A stretch of 62,229 nucleotides of DNA. Origin: Myxococcota bacterium. GTDB lineage: Bacteria; Myxococcota; XYA12-FULL-58-9; JABJBS01. Position numbers and translations under genes: made by a program. This document shows positions 19,773-29,568 of the stretch, one piece after another. Numbering within the stretch: position 1 is the stretch's first letter; every line of letters starts with the position of its first letter. Where the stretch lies: contig JAZAIZ010000212.1 of the NCBI GenBank assembly GCA_036230545.1, positions 1-62,229 of the forward strand. Reading direction: 5' to 3'. The notes beneath the pieces are model-generated. The model worked only from the letters and a program-made list of their open reading frames with translations, did not search any database and was not told the origin of the DNA.

Positions 19773-19825
19773 GAATCCCCCCTCGGACATCTGGAAATAC
19801 CCGCCTGGATCTGGTATCGGCCGCC

Positions 19826-20263
19826 ATGCAAGGAACAACCATCGCCTACGAAGTTTTTGGCAAAACCGGAGTGCTCGTTCACGGAGCACAGCACCCCGCC
19901 TCCGAAGAGTGGGAAACCTTCATCGGAGAGCTGCGGGAGAACGTCCTTGAGAAGAAAAAGCTCAAGGGTCTCGTGGTGTACTCCGCCGGCGGCGCCCCCA
20001 CCGACAACCAGCGGGAAGCGCTCACCAACCTGACCCGCTTTCATAACGTCCCCACCGCAGTGATTCTTGAAGACCACGTGAGCTTCATCGACGCCGGAGG
20101 GTGCCTGGTCAGCGGCATGAACTGGACCGGTGCTCTCAGCGAGTCCACCTACTCCCCAGGGCAACTCAGCGACGCTCTAACCAGCCTCGAAACGGACGAT
20201 CACGCTGAAGTCCTCGAAGCTCTCCAGACGCTCCGCACCGATCTGGGAGCTGCCTCCTCTTAA
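19826..20263 (+). CDS. Hypothetical protein
   Basis: 145-aa ORF, 53 nt downstream of and co-oriented with the previous ORF. Coding-like codon usage. No motif recognised. Confidence 0.45.
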   Translation: MQGTTIAYEVFGKTGVLVHGAQHPASEEWETFIGELRENVLEKKKLKGLVVYSAGGAPTDNQREALTNLTRFHNVPTAVILEDHVSFIDAGGCLVSGMNWTGALSESTYSPGQLSDALTSLETDDHAEVLEALQTLRTDLGAASS

Positions 20264-20363
20264 GCCCGCTTAAGGAGAGAGGGAGAACCCGGCCGAACAA
20301 GAGCCTTCAGCTTGCTTAACCAAAGGGTTTTGGCGTAATAAAAGCCCGATAGGATGTAAACCC

Positions 20364-20774
20364 ATGAATCAGGAACTCAATACCATGACTCCCTACCGAC
20401 GCTCTAAAGGTGGACGCTTGATGCTCTTAGGCATCGGCCTCTTTTTTCTCTCCTACGGCATTGGAATCTTCATCTCCGATCCCGGGACTGCCCTGCGCGC
20501 CTTCTCCCTAATCGTCATGGCCGGAATCACCGTTATGATCTTCGCGGTGCCCATCAGCTTCTCCAACAACGCCTACACCGGAAAGACCATCTTCTATCTC
20601 TGTGTTTTTCCCTTCCTGGTCTGGCTCATCGGACCTGAAATCTCCAAGAGCCTCTTTGGTCCCAGCACCGTACGCACCTTCTGTATGTGCATGGGGATCA
20701 TCTCTCTCTTACTGGCCTCCGATCCCCGCGGCGGCGAGACCAACTCGGTTCCAGAGACCGCCCCGGCTCCCTGA
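20364..20774 (+). CDS. Small integral membrane protein (about 4 TM segments)
   Basis: Hydrophobic segments LMLLGIGLFFLSYGIGIFI, FSLIVMAGITVMIFAVPI, IFYLCVFPFLVWLIG, FCMCMGIISLLLA. Visibly less GC-rich than its neighbours. Confidence 0.45.
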   Translation: MNQELNTMTPYRRSKGGRLMLLGIGLFFLSYGIGIFISDPGTALRAFSLIVMAGITVMIFAVPISFSNNAYTGKTIFYLCVFPFLVWLIGPEISKSLFGPSTVRTFCMCMGIISLLLASDPRGGETNSVPETAPAP

Positions 20775-20811
20775 GCCAGGGTCCCGCTCCCCTTATACCT
20801 CCTCTACCGGA

Positions 20812-21315
20812 TCACTCCGGACGGGTACCGCTCTCAAGCGCCTCAAGAATCTTATCAACCCGTCGCGTCTCGGCATCAACATCCAGGCCGACCTTTCTGG
20901 CCCCATCTAAAAGAGCGATAAGCAACATCACCAAATCAAGCGCCTGGCGGGGCTGGTCGGGGTGGTCGTCTACGAGATGTTTTAGCTTCGCATAGAGTTG
21001 ATGAAAATCTCCCAGGCAGAACACTGCCACCGGCAACTCCATGGGACCGGTGTTTTGAAAATCCGGGCTAAAGGCGAAGCCCTGCTGGCTCAACACCAGC
21101 TGTGCTCCATTCTCCAGCATTAATACAAGGTAAGAAGCCCCCGTCTCGGTGTCGACCCTTGACTCCAACGCTTCAATGGCCCCCGGTGTTAAGGGCAGCT
21201 GCTTTCCGCTGCCGATCTCCAAAAGATGCCATTGGGTTCCCTCCTCCTGAAAAGCAAACACCCGAGGGTGCTGGAGAAGCCATTTACGAATCGTTGTGTC
21301 ATGGGGAGATATCAT
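20812..21315 (-). CDS. Hypothetical protein
   Basis: 167-aa ORF. No motif recognised. Confidence 0.45.
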   Translation of the reverse strand: MISPHDTTIRKWLLQHPRVFAFQEEGTQWHLLEIGSGKQLPLTPGAIEALESRVDTETGASYLVLMLENGAQLVLSQQGFAFSPDFQNTGPMELPVAVFCLGDFHQLYAKLKHLVDDHPDQPRQALDLVMLLIALLDGARKVGLDVDAETRRVDKILEALESGTRPE

Positions 21316-21402
21316 AGGCGCCTCATTAACCAGCCAAACTCATCGAGTCAATGTGCCCCGCCCCTCGTTGCGAAAGCCCCCAATTCCCGTTAAGAATGCC
21401 CC

Positions 21403-21780
21403 ATGACACCCGAAGAGACTGAAGCGCGGCTCGTGGACAAATTAGGCATCCACGAGACCAAACGCCACATCCTGCTCTGCAGTGACCAGACCAAGCCCAA
21501 ATGCTGCGACAAAGAAGCCTCTCTGGAGTCGTGGAACTATCTGAAAAAGCGATTAAAAGAGCTGCAGCTCTCCGAGAAGGGGGGGATCTATCGCACCAAG
21601 GCCAACTGCCTGCGAATCTGCCAGGACGGCCCCATCGCGGTGGTCTATCCCGAAGGTGCCTGGTACCGAAAATGCACTCCCGACGTGCTCGAAGAGATTA
21701 TTCAAGGTCATTTAATTGGCGGAGAGGTCCTCTCCCGTCACCTCATCGCCGAGCACCCGCTGCCCGGGACCGATGGCTAA
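21403..21780 (+). CDS. Thioredoxin-like [2Fe-2S] ferredoxin family protein
   Basis: [14 protein letters not shown] ... ANCLRIC ... [13 protein letters not shown] resembles the TRX-like ferredoxin / sucrase-ferredoxin pattern. Convergent with the last suf-operon gene, with a 4-nt overlap. Confidence 0.6.
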   Translation: MTPEETEARLVDKLGIHETKRHILLCSDQTKPKCCDKEASLESWNYLKKRLKELQLSEKGGIYRTKANCLRICQDGPIAVVYPEGAWYRKCTPDVLEEIIQGHLIGGEVLSRHLIAEHPLPGTDG

Positions 21781-22148
21781 TGTGTGGGGTATTGCTTCAT
21801 AGCATGCCCATCGCCGTGGAGACTCTGACACGCTTCGCAAGGACACAGCTCCCTTAGCACCTCCCAGGAATAGATCCCGGTGGCGTGATCATCACTGAAG
21901 CGAATGGAGACGGCATAATTGCCGACGGGCTCGATGGTTTGAATCCCGATATCATCCGGAGACTCGATAAAGGTCCAATCCCCAAGGTCATGCCCCTGAC
22001 ACTCCGCGCAGGGACAAAACCCTCGCAGATAGCGCAATGAAAAAGAACTCTGATGTTCATCACTCCACTGCACTGAGAGCTCCTGCTGCGCGCTCTTTAG
22101 CTCGATCTCAGTGGGAGCCGGTGCCAAATCAGATGGCTTACTCTGCAT
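21777..22148 (-). CDS. DUF971 (gamma-butyrobetaine-hydroxylase-like N-terminal domain) protein, last gene of the suf operon
   Basis: [27 protein letters not shown] ... [22 protein letters not shown] matches the DUF971 pattern. ATG 22148 is preceded by GAGGTAAG. Confidence 0.7.
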   Translation of the reverse strand: MQSKPSDLAPAPTEIELKSAQQELSVQWSDEHQSSFSLRYLRGFCPCAECQGHDLGDWTFIESPDDIGIQTIEPVGNYAVSIRFSDDHATGIYSWEVLRELCPCEACQSLHGDGHAMKQYPTH

Positions 22149-22189
22149 ACTTCTTACCTCGATTCCTGATAAAATTCTGTGTTCGTCTC

Positions 22190-22759
22190 TTACATCATCC
22201 CGGTCGCGAGGCGCGCGGCCTCGGACATCAGGGCTGGACTCCATGGGGGGTCAAAAACCAGCTCCACCGCCGCCTCTTCCACACTCGCCAGCTTCTCCAC
22301 CTTGCGCTTAACGTCATCAGCGATCACCTGCCCCATCCCACAACCAGGGGCGGTGAGGGTCATGGTGATATCCACGCGTTTGCCACCCGACTCCGTGGGC
22401 GTGAGCTTCATCGTGTAAATAAGCCCGAGCTCCACGATGTTTACGGGAATCTCGGGGTCATAGCACATCCGCAGCTGGCCCCAGATGACCTCATCGGTCA
22501 CCTCACCGCCAGCTTCGTTCAAGAGCTGCAGCCCCTCCTGTCGCGGGGGCTCTCTGCCGAGGCTCTTCGCATACTCGCCGTCGATGCGAAACATGCGACC
22601 ACCAAGACCCCGAACGGTAAAATCTCCACCGAGTTCCTGGAGAATCACCACCTCAAGCCCTTCCTCCAGCACGGTCTCCGTCCCTTCCGGCACCTGCACC
22701 GCGGGGGTGTCCTTCGACAACATCACGCGCTCTTTATTGAGACTTAATAATCCAGCCAT
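22190..22759 (-). CDS. sufT: Fe-S cluster assembly protein SufT (DUF59/MIP18 family)
   Basis: C-terminal DUF59 core: VIWGQLRMCYDPEIPVNIVELGLIY ... TLTAPGCGMG. About 185 aa, as for SufT. Located in the suf operon. Confidence 0.75.
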   Translation of the reverse strand: MAGLLSLNKERVMLSKDTPAVQVPEGTETVLEEGLEVVILQELGGDFTVRGLGGRMFRIDGEYAKSLGREPPRQEGLQLLNEAGGEVTDEVIWGQLRMCYDPEIPVNIVELGLIYTMKLTPTESGGKRVDITMTLTAPGCGMGQVIADDVKRKVEKLASVEEAAVELVFDPPWSPALMSEAARLATGMM

Positions 22760-22764
22760 CTCGA

Positions 22765-23220
22765 TTACTCCGTTGAAACCGACGCAGAAAACTCGTCACT
22801 TGTGACACCCGTCTTCACTGTATGCCAACTCAGCGTGGCGCACTTGACCCGAGCCGGAAACTCCCGCACCCCCGAAAACACCGCCAGCTTGCCGAGGGAG
22901 TCGGTGTCGAGCTCTTCGGCGAGGTCTGCGGTGACCAAATGATGAAATTGGTCAAAGAGCTCCAGCACTTCTCCCTGGGTCTTCCCCTTAACGGTCGTGG
23001 TCATCAGCGACGCGGAGGCCTTTGAGATCGCACAGCCCGTCCCCGTGAAGGAGATCTCCTCAACCCGCTCTCCGTCCATCTTGAGAAAAATCGTAAAGTG
23101 ATCCCCACACAAGGGGTTGTACCCTTCAATCCGACGGGTAGCGCCCTCCAGCTCACCAAAGTTTCGCGGCTTCGAATTGTGGTCAAGAATCACCGTCTGA
23201 TAGAGCTCTCTTATATTCAT
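22765..23220 (-). CDS. sufU: SUF-system NifU/IscU-like scaffold or sulfur acceptor (SufU type)
   Basis: LYQTVILDHNSKPRNFG, NPLCGD, GTGCAIS and KCATLSW are conserved SufU/IscU Cys motifs. Overlaps the sufS stop by 4 nt. Confidence 0.85.
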   Translation of the reverse strand: MNIRELYQTVILDHNSKPRNFGELEGATRRIEGYNPLCGDHFTIFLKMDGERVEEISFTGTGCAISKASASLMTTTVKGKTQGEVLELFDQFHHLVTADLAEELDTDSLGKLAVFSGVREFPARVKCATLSWHTVKTGVTSDEFSASVSTE

Positions 23221-24449
23221 AGGCCAAACACCTCACGCGCCTTCAGCAGCGCCTTCACCAACGCGTCCACTTCTTCGCGAGTGTTATAGATTCCGAAGGA
23301 CGCACGAGCGGTGGCCGGAACGGCGAAGCGCTTCATCACGGGCTGTGCACAGTGATGCCCCGTCCTGATCGCCACGCCCTCCAAATCAAGGAGCGTCCCG
23401 ATATCGTGGGGGTGCAGCCCCTCCACTTCAAAGGAGCAGACCGCCACCTTATGAGCGGCGGTGCCAATCATTCGAAGTCCCGGGACCGCCCCTAGCGCTT
23501 CAGTGGCGTACTTCAGCAGGGTCTGCTCGTATTCGGCGATTCGATTCATCCCAATGGCCGTCACATAATCAATGGCCGCACCAAGGCCAATGGCCCCTGC
23601 GATGTTGGGGGTGCCCGCTTCGAATTTGGCCGGCAAACCTGCGTAGAGGGTCTCCTCGAAGGTCACCGAGAGGATCATATCCCCGCCTCCCTGCCAGGGC
23701 GGCATGGAGTTCAGAAGATCTTTCTTCCCATAGAGCGCTCCCACCCCGGTGGGTCCATAGAGCTTGTGTCCTGAGAAGGCATAGAAATCACAATCGAGGT
23801 CCTGAACATCCACCGAAGCGTGGGGGACCGCCTGCGCGCCGTCCACAACCACCAGGGCCCCTGCCTTGTGAGCTTTACGAATAATGTCCTTAATGGGGTT
23901 GATAGTACCGAGAGCATTCGAGACATGCCCCACCGCGACGATTCGGGTCTTCTCAGAGAGGAGCCGCTCGTACTCTTCGAGAATCAACTCCCCCTCATCG
24001 TTGATGGGAATAACCTTCAGGGTGGCGCCTTTGCGCTCACAGAGCATCTGCCAGGGCACAATGTTGCTGTGGTGCTCCATCTCCGAGACGATCACCTCGT
24101 CTCCGCTCCCCACGATCTGCTCCCCGAGACTCGACGCCACCAGGTTAATGGCTTCGGTCGTGCCACGGGTGAAGATAATCTCGCTGGCCTCTGCAGCGTT
24201 CATGAAAGCCTGCACCTTGCCACGAGCCGCCTCATAGAGGTCGGTGGCGCGCTGACTCAATTGATAAACTCCGCGATGAATGTTGGCACAGTCCTGGTCA
24301 TAAAACGCCGCCAGGGCGTCAGTCACCGCACGAGGTGTCTGACAGGTAGCCGCGCTGTCGAGATAAACCAGCTTTTTCCCGTGTACCTCTTGATCGAGGA
24401 CCGGAAAATCCTGGCGAATCGACGAGATATCCAGATGTGCCGTTTCCAT
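23217..24449 (-). CDS. sufS: Cysteine desulfurase SufS (class II aminotransferase V)
   Basis: IRQDFPVL, YLDSAAT, FSGHKLYGPTG (PLP Lys) and RTGHHCAQP (active-site Cys loop). ATG 24449 has a GGAGAG upstream. An alternative start lies at 24473. Confidence 0.9.
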   Translation of the reverse strand: METAHLDISSIRQDFPVLDQEVHGKKLVYLDSAATCQTPRAVTDALAAFYDQDCANIHRGVYQLSQRATDLYEAARGKVQAFMNAAEASEIIFTRGTTEAINLVASSLGEQIVGSGDEVIVSEMEHHSNIVPWQMLCERKGATLKVIPINDEGELILEEYERLLSEKTRIVAVGHVSNALGTINPIKDIIRKAHKAGALVVVDGAQAVPHASVDVQDLDCDFYAFSGHKLYGPTGVGALYGKKDLLNSMPPWQGGGDMILSVTFEETLYAGLPAKFEAGTPNIAGAIGLGAAIDYVTAIGMNRIAEYEQTLLKYATEALGAVPGLRMIGTAAHKVAVCSFEVEGLHPHDIGTLLDLEGVAIRTGHHCAQPVMKRFAVPATARASFGIYNTREEVDALVKALLKAREVFGL

Positions 24450-24486
24450 TGCTTTGCTCTCCGAACCAACCATGGTTCCACCCCGA

Positions 24487-25809
24487 TTACCTGGTTAAGC
24501 GTGCTCGCACCAACGACTCCAATGACTCTCGCACCGTCATGTCCTTAACGGAGGCCAGCACTTCGTTGGCGAAGGCGTGGGTTAACTCCCGTCGGGCCGT
24601 CTCCAGATCCAAACCACGGGAGCGAAGATAAAACACCTGATTCTCATCGAGCTGTCCCACCGTGGCCCCGTGGGCGCACTTCACATCGTCCGCGTAAATT
24701 TCCAACTGCGGTCGCGTGTTGGCTTGAGCCTGCTTCGATAAAAGCAAGTTGTTGTTACGTTGGACGGCGTCGATTTTTTGCGCTCCCTCACGAACCACCA
24801 CCCTGCCGTCAAAGACACTGGTGCCCTTATCATCCAGCATCCCCTTGAAATACTGCAGACTGGTGCCATGTGCCTTAGCGTGGTCCATCACGATGTGAAT
24901 ATCGGCATGACGTCGACCATCCACCCAATAGAGTCCGTGCAATCGACAATCTGCCCCTTCGCCATTCACCGAGGCTTCAATATTGGTTCGCGCGGTCTCC
25001 CCTCCCAAAGAGATAATGTGCGAATTGAGCTGGCTGGAACGCTGCTGCCGCACCGCGAGGCTCGCGATATGATACGCGTTGGGGCTCTCGTCCTGTAGTC
25101 GAATGTGCGTGAGATTAGCGTTTTCACCAAGGTGAAACTCCGTCACACAATTGTTCAGATAAACAGCATCCCCCACGCCTTGATAGGACTCGTAAAAAGA
25201 CGCCTGGCTATTTTCCTCGAGCGCCACCACGCAACGCGGGTGCAGGGCAGCGGTAGACTCTACCGAAGTAACACAGAGGAAATGAATGGGTTTATCCAGC
25301 ACCACGCCTTTGGGGACAACAATCAAGAGCCCTCCTTCAAGAAAGGCGGTGTTCAAGGCCGCGAAGGCCTCGGTCTCAATGTTGACGTGTTTTCCCAGAT
25401 AGCGTTCCACCAACGCCGGTTGTTCCTTGAGCGCCTCGGCGAGGCTCATCACCACCACACCGGAGGGCAAGTCCTCCAGGGTCGAAAGAGCGCTGTCAAA
25501 GCAACCGTTATTCAAGACAACCCGGTAGCCCTCAGTCACCGCGCCCCCCACGCCCTCGAGCGCCGTCGCGTCCAGGGTCGCCGGTTTCACCGGCATGAAG
25601 GGTTTGGCAACAATGGGCTTCACGTTGGTGTAGCGCCAACCCTCCAGCTTTCCTGTTGGCAGGCCTTGATCTTCAAAGCGCTGCAACCCCGCCAGACGAA
25701 GGTCATGCACCCACCCCCCAGCGCCACCGTTAAGACGCTGATGATGCGCCTTCACCGCGTCAACAAAGGTCTCTTTGCCACGCTTACGCTCATCCATTGC
25801 TTCACTCAT
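24487..25809 (-). CDS. sufD: Fe-S cluster assembly protein SufD
   Basis: 440 aa. The C-terminal beta-helix region (QLEIYADDVKCAHGATVGQLDENQVFYLRSRGL) is typical of SufD. Lies between sufC and sufS. Confidence 0.85.
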   Translation of the reverse strand: MSEAMDERKRGKETFVDAVKAHHQRLNGGAGGWVHDLRLAGLQRFEDQGLPTGKLEGWRYTNVKPIVAKPFMPVKPATLDATALEGVGGAVTEGYRVVLNNGCFDSALSTLEDLPSGVVVMSLAEALKEQPALVERYLGKHVNIETEAFAALNTAFLEGGLLIVVPKGVVLDKPIHFLCVTSVESTAALHPRCVVALEENSQASFYESYQGVGDAVYLNNCVTEFHLGENANLTHIRLQDESPNAYHIASLAVRQQRSSQLNSHIISLGGETARTNIEASVNGEGADCRLHGLYWVDGRRHADIHIVMDHAKAHGTSLQYFKGMLDDKGTSVFDGRVVVREGAQKIDAVQRNNNLLLSKQAQANTRPQLEIYADDVKCAHGATVGQLDENQVFYLRSRGLDLETARRELTHAFANEVLASVKDMTVRESLESLVRARLTR

Positions 25810-26573
25810 GCCGCAGCACCACCTTCAAGGCCTTCCAGCCAGCCGTAGCCTTTTTCTTCCAACTCCAGCGCCAACTCTTTACCGCCGGATTTAATGATCT
25901 TACCGCCCGCCAGCACGTGCACATAATCGGGGACGATGTACTCCAGAAGACGTTGATAATGGGTGATCACTAAAAAGGAGCGTTCTTTATCCCGCAAGGA
26001 GTTCACCCCCTCTGAGACGATGCGAAGCGCGTCGATGTCCAGCCCTGAATCGGTCTCATCCAACACTGCGAGGGTAGGCTCAAGCACCGCCATCTGAAGA
26101 ATCTCGTTTCGCTTCTTCTCCCCACCGGAGAACCCTTCATTCACGGGCCGCTCAAGAAACTTCTCGTTCATCTCAAGGAGCTTCATCTTTGCCTTTACCA
26201 AGGAGAGGAAGTCAAAAGCATCCAACTCGTCGTGACCATGATGAGCAAGTTTGGCGTTCAAGGCCGCCTTGAGAAAATAGGTATTGTTCACACCGGGGAT
26301 CTCAACGGGGTATTGAAAGGCCAGAAAGAGGCCTTCACGGGCGCGCTCTTCTGCCTCGAGGTCCAACAACTCCTTGCCTTCAAAGGTAACCTCCCCTTCG
26401 GTGACGGTGTAACCCGCTTTGCCAGACAGGACGTGCGCCAGGGTACTCTTGCCGGAGCCGTTCGGTCCCATGATAGCGTGCACTTCACCGGGTTTGATCT
26501 CAAGATCAACCCCCCGAAGGATCTCATTTCCGCCGACGTTCGCATGTAAATTCTTAATGGATAACATCATCAT
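25806..26573 (-). CDS. sufC: Fe-S cluster assembly ATPase SufC
   Basis: Walker A GPNGSGKST, ABC signature FSGGEKKR, Walker B AVLDETDSGLD. Confidence 0.95.
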   Translation of the reverse strand: MMMLSIKNLHANVGGNEILRGVDLEIKPGEVHAIMGPNGSGKSTLAHVLSGKAGYTVTEGEVTFEGKELLDLEAEERAREGLFLAFQYPVEIPGVNNTYFLKAALNAKLAHHGHDELDAFDFLSLVKAKMKLLEMNEKFLERPVNEGFSGGEKKRNEILQMAVLEPTLAVLDETDSGLDIDALRIVSEGVNSLRDKERSFLVITHYQRLLEYIVPDYVHVLAGGKIIKSGGKELALELEEKGYGWLEGLEGGAAA

Positions 26574-26584
26574 TCCTCAATGCT

Positions 26585-28030
26585 CTAACCAACACTGCCT
26601 TCGAGGCTCACCGTCAGAAGCTTTTGAGCCTCCACCGCAAACTCCATAGGCAGCTGTTTGAAAACTTCTTTACAAAACCCGTTAACGATAAGTGACACCG
26701 CGTCTTCAGCGGAGAGTCCCCTCTGCTGACAATAAAAGAGCTGGTCTTCACTAATCTTGGAGGTCGTCGCCTCGTGCTCAACCTGAGCGCTGTGATTGGC
26801 CACCTCAACGTAAGGAAACGTGTGGGCACCGCACTCCGCACCGAAGAGGAGGGAGTCGCACTGGGTATAATTGCGCGCGTTGTCGGCTTTGCCCTGAATC
26901 TTCACCAGTCCCCGGTAGCTGTTGTGGGCCTTACCTGCCGAGATCCCCTTGGAGATAATCGTGCTGGAGGTGTTTTTTCCGAGGTGAATCATCTTCGTGC
27001 CGGTGTCGGCCTGCTGATAGTTGTTGGCCACCGCCACCGAATAGAACTCTCCCACCGAGTTGTCCCCCTGCAGAATAACGCTGGGGTATTTCCAGGTGAT
27101 CGCAGAGCCGGTCTCCACCTGAGTCCATGAGATCTTGGAGTTGTCCCCACGACAGATGCCACGCTTGGTGACAAAATTATAAATCCCACCGACGCCGTTT
27201 TTATCCCCGGGGTACCAGTTCTGTACCGTCGAATATTTGATGTTGGCACCCTCCAACGCCACCAACTCCACTACCGCCGCGTGCAACTGGTTCTCATCGC
27301 GCATGGGAGCAGTGCACCCCTCAAGGTAGCTAACGTGGCTTCCTTCTTCGGCGACGATCAAGGTGCGCTCAAACTGCCCCGTGTTCAAGGCGTTGATGCG
27401 AAAATAGGTCGAGAGTTCCATAGGGCAACGAACACCCTTGGGGATAAAGCAGAAGGACCCGTCACTGAACACCGCAGAGTTAAGCGCCGCATAAAAGTTG
27501 TCCGAGTGGGGCACTACGGTCCCGAGGTATTTTTTAACCAACTCCGGGTGCTCTTTCACCGCCTCGGAGAAGGAGCAGAAGATCACACCCACCTCAGCAA
27601 GCTTATCCTTGAAAGTCGTCGCTACGGAGACGCTGTCAAACACCGCGTCTACGGCCACGCCGGCGAGGGCTGCGCGCTCGTGCAGGGGGATCCCCAGCTT
27701 TTCGTAGGTCTCAAGCAACTCAGGATCGACCTCGTCGAGGCTCTTAGGAGCATCGGCCTTCGACTTGGGCGCCGAAAAATAGGAGATGTCCTGAAAATCG
27801 ATTTTGGGATACTCCACCTTGGGCCAGGTGGGCTCCACCATGGTAAGCCACCGTCGGTAAGCCTTCAGTCGCCACTCGAGCAACCACTCAGGCTCTTCCT
27901 TTCGGGCAGAGATAGCCCGCACGACATCTTCATTTAATCCCGGAGGAAACGACTCGGACTCAATATCCGTGACAAAACCGTATTTATAGTCCTGACTGAT
28001 TTCTTCCAGGGTCTCAGTGGGAGCGACCAT
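26585..28030 (-). CDS. sufB: Fe-S cluster assembly scaffold SufB
   Basis: 481 aa. Collinear with SufB, e.g. [59 protein letters not shown]. Confidence 0.95.
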   Translation of the reverse strand: MVAPTETLEEISQDYKYGFVTDIESESFPPGLNEDVVRAISARKEEPEWLLEWRLKAYRRWLTMVEPTWPKVEYPKIDFQDISYFSAPKSKADAPKSLDEVDPELLETYEKLGIPLHERAALAGVAVDAVFDSVSVATTFKDKLAEVGVIFCSFSEAVKEHPELVKKYLGTVVPHSDNFYAALNSAVFSDGSFCFIPKGVRCPMELSTYFRINALNTGQFERTLIVAEEGSHVSYLEGCTAPMRDENQLHAAVVELVALEGANIKYSTVQNWYPGDKNGVGGIYNFVTKRGICRGDNSKISWTQVETGSAITWKYPSVILQGDNSVGEFYSVAVANNYQQADTGTKMIHLGKNTSSTIISKGISAGKAHNSYRGLVKIQGKADNARNYTQCDSLLFGAECGAHTFPYVEVANHSAQVEHEATTSKISEDQLFYCQQRGLSAEDAVSLIVNGFCKEVFKQLPMEFAVEAQKLLTVSLEGSVG

Positions 28031-28037
28031 AATAACC

Positions 28038-28514
28038 TTACCTTCTGACGAGCTTTAAGAGCGGCTCTGTAAGACTCGTTGTATCACCAGAGTCAGCGCA
28101 TCCCTCCTCGGGACGAACCATATCCTCCAGCGTTAACTGCTTAAGCGCCTCACAGACAGCGTCGTTAATCTTCATCCAATTACTTCGAGCCGGACAGGTG
28201 GCCTCCAGCTCACATAGCACCGGCGCCGAAGAGCTACACTCCGTCAAAGCCGGTGGTCCCTCAACCGCAGATATAATATCCGCGATTGAAATTTCGGCGG
28301 CCGGCTTCGCCAATGTGTAGCCACCTTTATTGCCTCGATGCGAAATAAGCAATCCAGCGCGAGAGAGAGTTTTGAGAATCTTCGACACCGTCGGCAGGGG
28401 CAGCCCTGACTCATCCCCGAGCTCCCGAGCGGTACAAAAGGTCTCCGCCGGGCGTTCTGAAATATAACCGGCGAGCACGATCGCATAATCGGTTAATTTG
28501 GACAGTCGAATCAT
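28038..28514 (-). CDS. Rrf2-family transcriptional regulator (IscR/SufR-like) with three clustered Cys
   Basis: [18 protein letters not shown] wHTH N-terminus and [13 protein letters not shown]. Cys cluster [16 protein letters not shown] is a candidate Fe-S ligand set. Confidence 0.85.
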   Translation of the reverse strand: MIRLSKLTDYAIVLAGYISERPAETFCTARELGDESGLPLPTVSKILKTLSRAGLLISHRGNKGGYTLAKPAAEISIADIISAVEGPPALTECSSSAPVLCELEATCPARSNWMKINDAVCEALKQLTLEDMVRPEEGCADSGDTTSLTEPLLKLVRR

Positions 28515-28523
28515 ACCTTCCTC

Positions 28524-28844
28524 CTAAACAGAAAAGGACTCTCCGCAACTGCAACTCTTGGTCGCCTTGGGATTGGTAAACTTCCACCCGCTCTTCAAGA
28601 GGTTCGTTTCAAAGTCCAGCACCAGATCCGAGACGAATTGCAGACTCTTGGGGTCACAGACCACCTGCAGGGACTCATAGGCCTCCACAACGTCATTTTC
28701 GTTGATTTCATGAATGAAATCGAGAACATAGCTCATTCCGGAGCAGCCCCCGCCTTTCACCCCCACCCGCAGAATTGGGGGTTTACCTTCCTTTTTGGCT
28801 AGTGTAAGAGCCTTCACAACGGCTCGTGGGGTCAGAGTGATCAT
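28524..28844 (-). CDS. A-type Fe-S carrier (IscA/SufA/ErpA, HesB family), first gene of the suf operon
   Basis: LRVGVKGGGCSGMSY ... NPKATKSCSCGESF: the three conserved Cys of A-type carriers. Confidence 0.85.
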   Translation of the reverse strand: MITLTPRAVVKALTLAKKEGKPPILRVGVKGGGCSGMSYVLDFIHEINENDVVEAYESLQVVCDPKSLQFVSDLVLDFETNLLKSGWKFTNPKATKSCSCGESFSV

Positions 28845-28878
28845 CTCTTTCTCTACTTTTTAGTGCCAATCAGGGTTA

Positions 28879-28901
28879 TACTAAATAAGACTGATTTAGT
28901 A
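28879..28901. promoter_or_regulatory. Candidate Rrf2/IscR-type operator: perfect 8-bp inverted repeat TACTAAAT-N7-ATTTAGTA
   Basis: Read directly from the sequence. It is an AT-rich island in the 139-bp divergent intergenic region between the suf operon (start 28844) and the nuoB-like gene (start 28984), 35 bp upstream of the A-type carrier start codon. Confidence 0.45.
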
Positions 28902-28983
28902 CTATTATGACATGGTGTTGTCAACCCGGAAACATCCGGGAACAAAGAGCAAAAAGTTCGTTAGAATTGAGGAGTTAGGTAGT

Positions 28984-29529
28984 ATGGCGGGTAAATACGA
29001 GCACGATCCGAACACCAGTGTGACGTTCACTTCCTTGGACAAAATGGTCGATTTTGCCATCAATTGGTGTCGAAAAAGTTCCTTTTTCTACCTCCTCTTT
29101 GGCCTTGCCTGCTGCGGCATCGAGTTGATGCAAACCGGAGGCCCCCGAGCGGATATTGACCGCTTCGGCGCGGTTCCCCGCGCGACCCCCCGGCAGTCGG
29201 ATCTCATGATCGTCGCAGGGACACTCACCTACAAGATGGCCGAGCGCTGCAAGCTGCTTTATGACCAGATGCCCGATCCCAAGTATGTGATCTCCATGGG
29301 ATCCTGCGCCAACTGCGGTGGCCTCTTTCAACTGAGTTATTCCGTGGTCAAAGGGGTAGACAAGATCATCCCCGTAGACTGCTACGTTCCTGGGTGCCCT
29401 CCCCGACCGGAGGCGCTCACTCAGGGTCTGATGCGCGTCCAGGAGTTGGCCATGAAGGAGCGGGGCTGGCTGCGTCGCGACTGGCTCAAGGGTCGCCCCA
29501 AGCGCGAGCCCATCTACATTGAGGCCTAA
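28984..29529 (+). CDS. nuoB: NADH-quinone oxidoreductase subunit B (NuoB/PSST)-like protein, stand-alone
   Basis: [21 protein letters not shown] and VPGCPPRPE give the four N2-cluster Cys in NuoB spacing. GAGGAG lies upstream of ATG 28984. No other nuo gene is in the window. Confidence 0.8.
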   Translation: MAGKYEHDPNTSVTFTSLDKMVDFAINWCRKSSFFYLLFGLACCGIELMQTGGPRADIDRFGAVPRATPRQSDLMIVAGTLTYKMAERCKLLYDQMPDPKYVISMGSCANCGGLFQLSYSVVKGVDKIIPVDCYVPGCPPRPEALTQGLMRVQELAMKERGWLRRDWLKGRPKREPIYIEA

Positions 29530-29568
29530 GGGCCTCCCTCCCCTGGCCAACGCTGTTTTCGCATCCCC

